64,000 nucleotides of DNA, taken from NCBI RefSeq assembly GCF_006345805.1, contig NC_043016.1, forward strand, positions 10,230,001-10,294,000, given 5' to 3'. Positions 25,579-37,690 of this stretch are shown one piece after another; the stretch's first letter is position 1; the number at the start of each line of letters is the position of its first letter. The position numbers were made by a program, and so were the translations under genes. The stretch comes from Octopus sinensis (lineage: Eukaryota). The notes beneath the pieces were generated by a model that saw only the letters and a list, made by a program, of their open reading frames with translations, did not search any database and was not told the origin of the DNA.

Positions 25579-26109
25579 AACAACAAACAAGATGAGGACA
25601 AATATCCGTCGAATGTAAATAATGTAAATAATGTAAATAATGGGCAAAAGTCAACATCAGTGAAATTTGAACTCGAGTCAGAACACTTTCTTCTGGCTTG
25701 AGTTTAAATTCTATCAACGACTCTTACATCTCCATCAATAATTTACCACTAATAAAATATATTTCATATAAAAAAAAAAACCCCAGAAAAACAAGCCACA
25801 ATATAACGTTATCTACAGATGATCTATTAAATAATTTTGTAGTGAAATTCCTTTGATGTTGCTATAGAATTTTCTTTTTAACTCTATATGGAAAGACACA
25901 GTTTTAAAAAATTTAAAGCCAGAGTAAACTTGATGTAATTACTATTTTGGATTTGGTATTTTTAAAAGTATTGAGGAGGAGGAGAACAAGGAGAAACGAT
26001 TTTTAGTATTTTGTGCAGTCTGGTGTCAAATTAAATTCATGGGAGGAAAAAAAAAAATTGAAATATTTCAGCTTTTTTGTTTACTTTTTAAACCACTAAC
26101 TGTTGAAAA

Positions 26110-26445
26110 ATGAACTAACACATGCATATACACACACATGCATATACACATATGCATGTACACACAGTTACAAAAACACACACACACATGCATATACACA
26201 TATGCATATGCATGCATATACAATTACAAACACACACACACATGTGCACACACATCCATGTACACAGACATGCACACACACAAAGTCATATACATACATA
26301 TATATATATATAAAAACACCTGCATACACACATGTACACACATATTCATACACACACATATGTGGGCGTGTGTGTATATATATATATATATATATCCACA
26401 GGTACATATGCACACATGCATAGATACAAAACACATACACACAGT

Positions 26446-26506
<61 letters not shown>

Positions 26507-26627
26507 GCACATGCATACACAAACACACACATACATATGTACAAGCATGCATGCATACACACATACACACACTATTTCTTTTATAAATATGGTCATATCC
26601 AAACTAGTGAAATCAGTAAAAAATTTA

Positions 26628-26676
<49 letters not shown>

Positions 26677-26692
26677 TTATTATTATTATTAT

Positions 26693-26730
<38 letters not shown>

Positions 26731-26750
26731 TATTATTATTATTTTATTAT

Positions 26751-26832
<82 letters not shown>

Positions 26833-27005
26833 GTTATCATCATCATCATTATCATTATCATCATCATCATCATCATTATTATTTTTATTGTTGTTATTAT
26901 TATTATTATTACTATTACTATTACTATTACTATTACTATTACTATTATATTATTATATTATTATTATTATTATTATATTATTATAATAATAATAATATAT
27001 TATTA

Positions 27006-27070
<65 letters not shown>

Positions 27071-27234
27071 ATATTATTATTATTTTATTATTATTATATT
27101 ATTATTATTGTTATCATCATCATCATCATATCATTATCATCATCATCATCATCATTATTATTTTATTGTTGTTATTATTATTATTATTACTATTACTATT
27201 ACTATTACTAGTACTATTACTATTATTATTATTA

Positions 27235-27268
<34 letters not shown>

Positions 27269-27356
27269 ATCATCATCATCATTATTATATTATTATTATT
27301 ATTATTATTATTGTTATTATTATAATATTATAATATTATCATTATCATCATCATCA

Positions 27357-27398
<42 letters not shown>

Positions 27399-27550
27399 TA
27401 TTATTATTATTATTATATTGTTATTATTATTAATATTATTAATATTATCATTATCATCATCATCATCATCATTATTATTATTATTATTATTATTTATTAT
27501 TATTGTTATTAGTATTAATATTATTAATATTATCAGTATCATCATCATCA

Positions 27551-27589
<39 letters not shown>

Positions 27590-27769
27590 TATTATATTAA
27601 TATTATTAATATTATCATTATCATCATCATCATTATTATTGTTATTATTATTATTATTGTTATTATCATCATCATCATCATTATTATTTTATTATTATTA
27701 TTATTATTTATTATTATTATTATTAATATTATAAATATTATCATCATTATCATCATCATCATCATCATA

Positions 27770-27834
<65 letters not shown>

Positions 27835-27840
27835 CATTAC

Positions 27841-27876
<36 letters not shown>

Positions 27877-27900
27877 CATCATCATCATTATTATTATTAG
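26110..27900. repeat. (CA/TA)n tracts (26110-26570) and a long (TAT/CAT)n microsatellite (26620-27900)
   Basis: Read directly from the sequence. Confidence 0.95.
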
Positions 27901-28280
27901 TTTTGATTTAATCTTAGTTCTGCTCTGTTCTTCATTATTTATGAATTCTTTTTTTTTTCGAAGGACTAACAACCACAAATATTACTCTTTTATCCTTCTT
28001 ATAGAATTACAAATTTTCAGTTTATTATTGTAATTTTCCTATCCTTTCACTTTGTAAATTTATAATTTATTATTCATTAGTTATATAACAAGTCATTTTA
28101 AAGTAATCATCATAATATGATGTGTAACCAGCCTCCTACACAAACCTAACGAAGCTTGCTAATCTAGCTATGGCAATATTAAACCTGGGTGTCTGATGGA
28201 TGTTATTTCACTGATATGTCATTTAATTCGCACATTGTTAAGTAGTTGTGCTTTATATAAGCAATGCCATTTATGACTTA

Positions 28281-28676
28281 CTAGCAGTATCGCCCGGCGT
28301 TGCTCGGGTTTGTAAGGGAAATAACTATATAAGCATTTTTAGAGAGTTATAACCAAAAAATAGCAAAAAAATGCATTAAAAATGGAAAAAAAATGATGGT
28401 AAATTTTTTTTTTAATCGTTGACTAATCGTAGACATTTTTAGAGAGTTACTTCCCTTATATAATAGCGAAAAAATGCATTAAAATGGAAAAAATGATGGT
28501 AAATTTTTTTAAAATCGTAGACTCATCGTAGACACGCGCTAATACCCAGAAGGGCTCGATATGAATCCCGACTATAAGATACCCAGTTTTGGTTAAACTG
28601 CACCGCAAAATGTGGGAGTAGTTAGGAATCTAAATCGTAGGAGACAGACACACAACTTCTCTTTTATATATAAAGA
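28281..28676 (-). mobile_element. Non-autonomous Helitron
   Basis: Same TC...CTAG termini, subterminal hairpin and A|T insertion as 12862-13226. Confidence 0.85.
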
Positions 28677-29639
28677 TATTCTGTAATTTTATAATTTATG
28701 ATTAACATGGAGCAAACGTGGCTGTGAGGTTAAAAAGTTTTGCTTTCCAATCGTACGGTTTCACATGGTTACATCCCATTGCATGGTGGTACCTTGAACA
28801 AGTCTTCTGCTTTTAGTCTTCACAAAAACCAGTTCTGTGTATGCATTTTGGTACAGTTGCATCCAGCTGTAGAAACACTGCCAGATCAGACTGGAGCTTA
28901 GTGCAGCCTCCTGGCTTCCCAGACCGCCAGTCGAACCGTCCAACCCATCCTAGCATGTGCTTTTTCAACTATTGTTGAGTGCCAAACAAATTTGCCAATC
29001 TCAATTTAGTTACCTCCCTTTACAGTCTGAGGCGACGCATCCTGCGTGGATGTACTCCGGTGTCCCTGCATGGATATACTCCTTGAAGAAGTTACTCTAC
29101 AGTCGAACTTTTTGTTTTCATTTATTATGAATGGACAAACCAAAAAAAGGGTGTTTTTTAGTGAAAGAAAACCATTATTGTATTCAATCAAAATTGTTTG
29201 AGCTTTATTGCAAGGTGAATGTAGTCAAAATACTTCAATTTTAGAAACAAAAGGCTTTGGTCACCTTGAGGTTACAGTAGAAGACACTTGTCCAAGGTAA
29301 CATGCAGTGGGACTGAACCCGCAACCATGTGGTTGAGAAGCAAGCTTCTTACCACATTGCCATGTCTGCACCTATATGTCAAGATCCTAATTAGAAATTT
29401 TTATGTGGAGGGGAAAAAGTAGTATTTGCTCAATGATCAATATTATTGTAATTATTTTGGCAAGTATGGGAGACAACTCTAGATATGCTTCAGCCTTATT
29501 GTGGCTTCATCAGTTGAACAAAGTGTAGTTGTACATTTGAAAATGTGATACTTGCTAATAAAAATCAGTATATTTAAGACAATATGTATTTGAGAGTGAT
29601 AACTCCACAATAATTCCAAAATATATTACATTTATATAT

Positions 29640-30030
29640 CTTCTTTTATCTTTTACTTATTCCTGTCATTAGACTGTGGCCATGCTGGGGCACTCCTTGA
29701 AGAATTTCAGTCAAATGAATTAACCCTGGTATTCTTCTTTTGTTAGCCCGGTACCAATTCTATTGGTTTCTTTTAACAAACTGCTAAGTTATAGGGACCA
29801 GCATTGGTCATTAACGGGTGGGGTACAATCAGATAGACAGACAGATACACACACACACACACACACGACAGGCTTCTTTTCAGTTTCTGTTTACCAAATC
29901 CATTCACAAGGCCTTGGTTGGCTTGAGGCTATAGTAGAAGACACTCACCGAAGGTGCCACGCAGTGGGACTGAACCTGGAACCATGTGGTTGGTAAGCAA
30001 GCTTTTTACCACGCAGCCATGCCTACGCCT
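29640..30030 (-). mobile_element. SINE family A
   Basis: Reverse-complement match to the family. Confidence 0.8.
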
Positions 30031-30049
30031 AATTCACCAGCAGAAACAC

Positions 30050-31065
30050 CACCCCATCACCCCACCACCACCACCACCACCACAACAACAACAACAACAA
30101 CAAACACAGCATTATCTACACTGTCATAATTACTAATACCTTTCCCAACATAGCCACCACCACTGACACTGCCACAGCTATTTTTTCTCACTACCACCGC
30201 AACTATAGTCACCATCCACAGCCAGCACCATCACCACGACCTCATCACCCACCCACCAATTACACCACCACCACAAACACCATCATCGTCATCATCATCA
30301 TCAACAACCAATCTACAATTATCACCACCATCACCACCACTACCATTATCACTATCATCATCACCACTACTACAAACATCACCATTAGTACTACTACCAT
30401 CACACCACCACCACCACCACCACAACCACTACCACCACCACTACCACCACCACCACCACCACCAAATCACCACCACCACCACCACCACTACCAACCACCA
30501 CCACCACTACAACCACCACCACCACCACCACCACAACCACCACCACCAACACCAACATCACCACCACCACCACAACCACTATCACCACCACCACCACCAC
30601 CACCACAAACCACTACCACCACAACCTCCATCATTGCTATTACTTCCATCACCACCGCCGCCGCCGCTGCCGCCACTACCACCACCACCACCACCACCAC
30701 CACCACCACTACCAGTACCATCGCAACTACTTCCAGCATCACTACCACCACCACCACCACTACCACCACAACCTCCACCATTGCAACTACTTCCACCACC
30801 ACCACCGCCGCCGCCACCACCATCACCGCCGCAACCACCACCACCACCACCACCACCACCACCACTATCACCATCAAACCACTACTACCACCACCACTAC
30901 CACCACCAAACCACCACCACCACCATCACAACTGCTTCCACCATAACAGCAACAACAACCATCATCATCATCATCATCTTAGCAATAACAGCCGCCACAG
31001 AGCAGCAACTGCAACAACAACAACAACAAACAACAACAACAGACGACGACGACGACGACGACACT
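30050..31065. repeat. (CAC/CCA/CAA)n low-complexity tract
   Basis: Read directly from the sequence. Confidence 0.9.
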
Positions 31066-31557
31066 CCACTGCTTTGACAGATTTCTATGACGTCATTGTC
31101 GACTTTAAATCTTTTCTTCGCCGATAAATCAATCAATAACGTCTGCTTTTATACCCTCGTTCGCATAAGTCTTTACTCCTTAATCACAATCTAATAAAGT
31201 CATCAAGTGTATTGGCTGTCGTTCTTAACAACAGCTGTTTTGGTGCTGATATCAATGTTTCGTCGATGTTGTTGCTGCTGTTGTAGTATTTTTTGTTAAC
31301 AGCTGCTGCTGCTGCTGTTTTGTTGCTCGTCTTCTTGGAGTCGCTATGACAGTTGTTGTTGTTGTTGTTAATGCTGGTGTTGTTGCTGTTGTTATAGTCA
31401 TTGTTTTTGTTTTTGTTGTTGTTGTTACTATTGCTGCTGTTGTTGCAGAAAAGGGTTGTTTAAACTTTGACCCTTGCAGCGATTGGTGTCAGTGTCTTTT
31501 TTTTTTAGGTATCGGTCTTGTAGGATTGTTTTCTTGCAATCGGTTTTATCATGTCAT

Positions 31558-31590
<33 letters not shown>

Positions 31591-31721
31591 TATATTATAT
31601 ATATTATATATATAATATATATATATATATATAATATATATATATTATATATATATATTACATATATATATATATATATATATATAACATATATATATAT
31701 ATATTATATATATATATATAT

Positions 31722-32343
31722 AGGGTGAAATTAATTAATTGGAATAATCATTAATTTCCTCAAGTAGATTTCGGGGCATGTAAAAGCCCCATTCGAGGAA
31801 AGTTTAAGTAATACTGAGTAATAAGGGTTTAGCAACGATTTGCCTCACCACACATCGAGTTTAGAAATAGCAGTCAAAGAGTTATAGCTGTTCTTTCTAC
31901 TAAAAGGGAGATCTCAATAAAACCACAGCACTTAAAAGGCAAAACGCAGGCAAGAGAGAAAGAAATGACGACAATCATTCTATATTAAGTCACCGACGGA
32001 CGTACGTTTCGAAATTAAGTTTTAGGAAAGCATAAGAATTAGATAATTATGTCTTACCCAACTATTTTTCTCATCAGCGTAGGACTCTACAATTATGAAT
32101 AATTGCATATTAAATTTGGAGGTACTAGAAGACATCACCTCAACTCATAGTATCAGAGCGAGCTAAAGCCGTTACCAGTATCACCAAATTCAAAGTGTGA
32201 TAAATTAAGTACCAGTTGCATACTGGGGTCGATGTCATTTTACTGAGATCTCCCTTTTAGTAGAAAGAATAGCTATAACTCTTGACTGCTATTTCTAAAC
32301 TCGGTGTGTGGTGAGGCAAATCGTGCTAAACCCTTAATTACTT
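31722..32343 (-). mobile_element. Inverted-end element with hammerhead motif, both ends in (TA)n
   Basis: About 31820-31917 and 32245-32340 are reverse complements; TA microsatellites flank both sides. Confidence 0.7.
32000..32080 (-). ncRNA. Minimal hammerhead motif with long stem II
   Basis: ACG-CTGATGA-GAAA[imperfect hairpin]TTTC-GAAA-CG-TA-CGT; stem I is only 3 bp. Confidence 0.55.
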
Positions 32344-32348
32344 AGATA

Positions 32349-32419
<71 letters not shown>

Positions 32420-32422
<3 letters not shown>

Positions 32423-32979
32423 CTTTATTGCCCACAAGGGGCTAAACATAGAAGGGACAAACAAGGACGACACACGGATTAAGTCGATTATATCGACCCT
32501 AGTGCGTAACTGGTACTTATTCAATCGATTCCGAAAGGATGAAGAGCAAAGTCGACCTCGGCAGAATTTGAACTCAGAACGTAACAGCAGACGAAATACC
32601 TATTTCTTTACTACCCACAAGGGGATAAACACAGAGGAGACAAACAAGGACAGACGGATTAGGTCGATAATATCAACCCCGAAAAGATGAAGGGCAAAGT
32701 CGACCTCGGCAGAATTCGAACTCAGAACGTAAAAACAGACGAAATACCTATTTCTTTACTACCCACAAGGGGCTAAACACAGAGGGGACAAACAAGGACA
32801 GACATAGGTATTAAGTCGATTACATCGACCCCAGTGCGTAACTGGTACTTAATTTATCGACCCCGAAAGGATGAAAGGCAAAGTCGACCTCGGCGGAATT
32901 TGAACTCACAATGTAACGCAGACAAAATACCGGTTGGCTTTTCGCCCGGCGTGCTAACGATTCTGCCAGCTCACCGCCC
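32420..32979 (-). mobile_element. SINE family B trimer (middle unit internally deleted)
   Basis: Junctions near 32598 and 32746; single head at about 32930-32979. Confidence 0.88.
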
Positions 32980-33707
32980 TATCCTGTATATATCCTATAT
33001 ATATATCCTATATATATCCTGTATATATCCTATATATAGCCTCGTGACCTGGCAGAATCGTTAGCACGCCTGGCAAAATGCTTTGCGGCATTTCGCCCGT
33101 CTTGACGTTCTGAGTTCAAATTCTGCCGAGGTCGACTTTGCCTTTCATTCTATCGGGGTCGATAAATTAAGTACCAGTTGCATACTGGGGTCGATGTCAT
33201 CAACCTTTTCCCTTTCTCCGAAAAGGTTGATTTTGTGGTCAAATTTATCTAATTTATGTTCCAATATTTACAGAACCAACTAGTTGGGAACATTCACAAA
33301 AGCTTTTCCGCTGAGCTGAAGGCATGGCTAGGATGCTTATGGGTCTAGTTTGAATGAGTTGAGCTGAGGTCGTCTCTCAAAAAAAGGGAGGAAGTAGCTG
33401 GAATTTATATCGATTTTGTGGTGTACTTGTTCCAGTCCAATTCGAGGTATGATAGGATCAAAATTAAATGTATCCTTTTTTTGCTTCTTATAGAAGATCA
33501 GGATGTCCTTAAAGTGGCAACATTCATTATGCGGGGATCTGAGAATGTGGATGTTAATGTATAGGTTTCTACGGAGGCCGACGCAGATAAAAAACCAGTT
33601 GTTAAATATTTAAACAAATATCAATTGAACACTGAGGTCGATGTAATCGATTAAACCCCCTTCCCCAAAATTGTTGATCTTGTGCCAAAATTTGAAATCA
33701 AAATGAA

Positions 33708-34114
33708 TAGGCGTGGCTGTGTGGTAAGTAGCTTGCTTACGAACCACGTGGTTCCGGGTTCAGTCCCACTGCGTGGCACCTTGGGCAAGTGTCTTCTACT
33801 ATAGCCTTGGGCCGACCAAAGCCGTGTGAGTGGATTTGGTAGTCGGAAAATGAAAGAAGCCCCATGTATATGTATATATATATGTGTGTATGTGTGTGTA
33901 TGTGTTTGTGTGTCTGTGTTTGTCCTCCCAACATCGCTTGACAGCCGATGATGGTGTGTTTACCTCCCCGTAACTTAGCAGTTCGACAAAAGAGAACAGA
34001 TAGAATAAGTACTAGGCTTCCAAAGAATAAGTCCTGGGGTCGATTTGTTCGACTAAAGGGCGGTGCTCCAGCATGGCCACAGTCAAACGACTGAAACAAA
34101 TAAAAGAGTAAAGA
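33708..34114 (+). mobile_element. SINE family A
   Basis: Near full-length family match. Confidence 0.9.
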
Positions 34115-34987
34115 GAGTTCCCCCGGGTTTTTTTGAATTCCTAGATGACAACCCCGACAGCGAACAAGTAAATACCCTTTGTGTGATGCAGTCCCCTGTA
34201 ACTCCTCACTGTCGTAGACGTGAAATCCTGGACGAAGCAGAAGCAAAACTCGGATCTTTGCTTCCGAAATATTGCTAGGATTTCACTTCACTCTAAACCA
34301 CATTGTCAATTGATGCCTCGTTAATTAACTTCATATCTCCCATTGATAATATTATATTTACAGTTCATTACTGTGATTATTAATTTTTAAATGCTTTTAT
34401 CTGTTTTAAGTATTAATCAAACGTTTCTTCCAAGTATTTTCTTTAATTTGTGTATACTGTATTATTCTATATAGTTCGTTGGTTCCTAGTATTTTAACCT
34501 CCGCCAAAGAAGGAGATTATATTTTCATTATGTCTGTGTTTGGTTAAATTGTTTTATCACTTTGTTGCTTTTAAAAACATAGTATTATTAAATATATTTC
34601 CTCTCATCAAAAGTTGCCTTGGTGCATTTTTCTATTCCATACCTCATATAAATTTTTCTGTAAAACCCTTGTACTTTCTGCTGCAGTATTTCTAGTGGTA
34701 TATTGTTTGTAGTGTACAACTTGAGGTCGTCTACATAGAAAAGATGATTTATTACCTCCCATAACACTTACGTTCATATTCAATCCTAAATGATATTTGG
34801 GTTCAAGATGTTAGACAAGAAGAAGAGTGTAGAGGGAATCCTTCTCGATTGTTCCACTTCTAAATGGAGATGGAGCATCTTTTTATAATTCTTTTTCGTG
34901 TAATTTCATAAATGTCTGCTACAGAGTGTTTAATATATATAATATTCATTAGTGCCATTTTACTAATGGTTAATGTTTCTAGGAATA

Positions 34988-35957
34988 AGGCGGCGAGCTG
35001 GCAGAAATGTTAGCACGCTGGGCGAAATGCTTAGCGGTATTTCGTCTGCCGTTACATTCTGAGTTCAAATTCCGCCGAGGTTGACTTTGCCTTTCATCCT
35101 TTCGGGGTCGATTAAATAAGTACCAGTTACGCACTGGGGTCGATATAATCGACTTAATCCGTTTATCTGTCCTTGTTTGTCCCCTCTATGTTTAGCCCCT
35201 TGTGGGTAGTAAAGAAATAGGTATTTCGTCTGCCGCTACTTTCTGAGTTCAAATTCCGCCGCGGTTGACTTTGCCTTTCATCCTTTCGGGGTCGATTAAA
35301 TAAGTACCAGTTACGCACTGGGGTCGATATAATCGACTTAATCCGTTTATCTGTCCTTGTTTGTCCCCTCTGTGTTTAGCCCCTGTGGGGTAGTAAAGAA
35401 ATAGGTATTTCGTCTGCCGCTACTTTCTGAGTTCAAATTCCGCCGCGGTCGACTTAGCCTTTCATCCTTTCGGGGTCGATTAAATAAGTACCAGTTACGC
35501 ACTGGGGTCGATATAATCGACTTAATCCGTTTATCTGTCCTTGTTTGTCCCCTCTATGTTTAGCCCCTTGTGGGTAGTAAAGAAATAGGTATTTCGTCTG
35601 CCGCTACTTTCTGAGTTCAAATTCCGCCGCGGTCTACTTTGCCTTTCATCCTTTCGGGGTCGATTAAATAAGTACCAGTTACGCACTGGGGTCGATATAA
35701 TCGACTTAATCCGTTTATCTGTCCTTGTTTGTCCCCTCTATGTTTAGCCCCTTGTGGGTAGTAAAGAAATAGGTATTTCGTCTGCCGCTACTTTCTGAGT
35801 TCAAATTCCGCCGCGGTCGACTTTGCCTTTCATCCTTTCGGGGTCGATTAAATAAGTACCAGTTACGCACTGGGGTCGATATAATCGACTTAATCCGTTT
35901 GTCTGTCCTTGTTTGTCCCCTCTGTGTTTAGCCCCTTGTGGGCAGTAAAGAAATAGG
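34988..35957 (+). mobile_element. SINE family B pentamer: one tRNA head plus five 184-bp bodies
   Basis: GGTATTTCGTC starts at 35036, 35220, 35404, 35588 and 35772. Confidence 0.95.
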
Positions 35958-37356
35958 TTAATATTTCTAGGATCTTCATGTTTCTAAGATACGCATACTA
36001 AAAGCCTCCAGGTGGTTAATTCATGCCATGTTCAGTTCCTTCTTCCCTACTTCTACAGTCTTCATCTATGATTTTGTTCATCCGTTATTGGACGACACGA
36101 GCTTTTGTAGAATCCCATATTCTGTTCTAGAAAGTTTTTTTTTTCTTTCAGATATGTATTCCTTCTTTGCGATTTTAGTATAGTTAATACTAGACTTATC
36201 GAACAGCTGGAAACAGGAAATAGGAAGGGAGAAGTAGATGTAGATTGACTGAAGAACTGGTACAAGGAAGGGGACAAGGTAAATCAATTGAAGAACAGGG
36301 AAGGAAATGAAGAAATAGTGGAGTGCCATTTTGGAAATTTACAATTTTTTTCTTTTTAGTTCTCTTTTTTTCTGATTAATTTTTCATTAAGTATTTTACT
36401 CTAACCTTTTACCTGTTCAAAGCATTTCCATAAGTTTGTTCTGAACTTTTAGATAACCCTTGTTTCATATATGTGTTAAATTAATATAAAGCTTTCTTTC
36501 ATAAGTCCCAAGTTACTCTTCTAGGTGAAATAACTGGGAATCTCTATCATATGATGCAAGAACGCCAGAAGACTATGTCCTCAGTTTCACATCTGATACA
36601 CAGGACAGGGAAAGGGTTAAGACAGACTCCCTGGTTGAAAGCCCGTCAGCTTACGAGTCCGGATCCATTGATAGATATCTTTAAACTTCTTTATCAGTGG
36701 TGCTTCGTGTTTCTCTTAAATAGAAGTTTGAGATCTGATTTCCTACCGTGATCCAGTTTATTTTCGTAGCATCAGAACAACTTGTGTTATGCTGACCCAC
36801 AGTTCTTCAAATGCTATTTTCATTGCCTTGAACAATTTCGTCTGTAGTAATTCCCATATTACTTCTAAAAATTCTTTCTACATCTGTCACTGTTTGTATT
36901 GCATCAATTATTATTCTCTTTTTTTTTTTTTTTTACCTAATTCTTGATAAATCGCCTTCGGTTGGAGCCGAAGTGTTTGTTTTGCTCAAAGAATCATTAT
37001 CGAATTTCGTACTGATGGAATTCTGTGCGATTTAGCGAGGATCTCATGTTTCAGGCAATCTTTGATTTCAGATGTTCTTTTTTTTTTTCGCTCCTTCAAC
37101 GTTTATATTTCTGTAGTATTTGTCTCTCATTTTATTCAGTTTTGACATTTCATTATTGATTCCAATAAGGATTGAGAAGTATTTTACTCTTATTTTCTAT
37201 CTTTCTTTTTCTGTATTTGTTTTCCATGTCGTTTGCTTGTGTATGAATAAATCTGAAGGAATATCCATTTCCCTACAATGATTACATAAGCGTTTTCTTT
37301 AATCTGGTCAGATTGTTGCTTGAACCTGTTTTCATTAAGTTTATGGTGATTGCATT

Positions 37357-37690
37357 GGTACTTGTATCGCAGAGTGGTCCCGGTTTGCGCACACGCGCAG
37401 ACGCGCGTCCGTGCTAGCCAGACGTAGGCAGTCGATCCTACGAGCTGACTGGCGCATGCACGATACAAGTATATATCCTATATATACAAGTATATATCGT
37501 ATACACGTATATATCGATACAAGTATATATCGTATATATACAAGTATATATCGTATACACGTATATATCGATACAAGTATATATCGTGCATGCGCCAGTC
37601 AGCTCGTAGGATCGACTGCCTACGTCTGTTTAGCGCGGACGCGCGTCTGCATGTGTGCGCAAACCGGGACCACTCTGCGATACAAGTACC
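37357..37690. mobile_element. Foldback/MITE-like element with about 109-bp near-perfect TIRs and an internal minisatellite
   Basis: GGTACTTGTATCGCAGAGTGG...CCACTCTGCGATACAAGTACC; the centre repeats GATACAAGTATATATCGTATA. Confidence 0.85.

Larger units (their letters stand above)
25141..25642. mobile_element. Head-to-head foldback element with tRNA-like head, hammerhead motif in each arm and 12-bp TSD
   Basis: GGCAAAAGTCAA duplicated at 25129-25140 and 25643-25654; arms are reverse complements; A/B-box-like TAGTGGTTAAG and GAGTTCAATT near the centre; (AATGTAAAT)n ends. Confidence 0.85.

Noticed and set aside
34988-35957. Regular array that could be mistaken for CRISPR
   Set aside because: Contiguous 184-bp SINE bodies with no unique spacers, in a eukaryotic context with no cas genes.
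36050-36900. Possible L1/Tx1-like relic (CIRCETED...C on the minus strand)
   Set aside because: Only a weak zinc-knuckle resemblance amid many stops; not enough to call.
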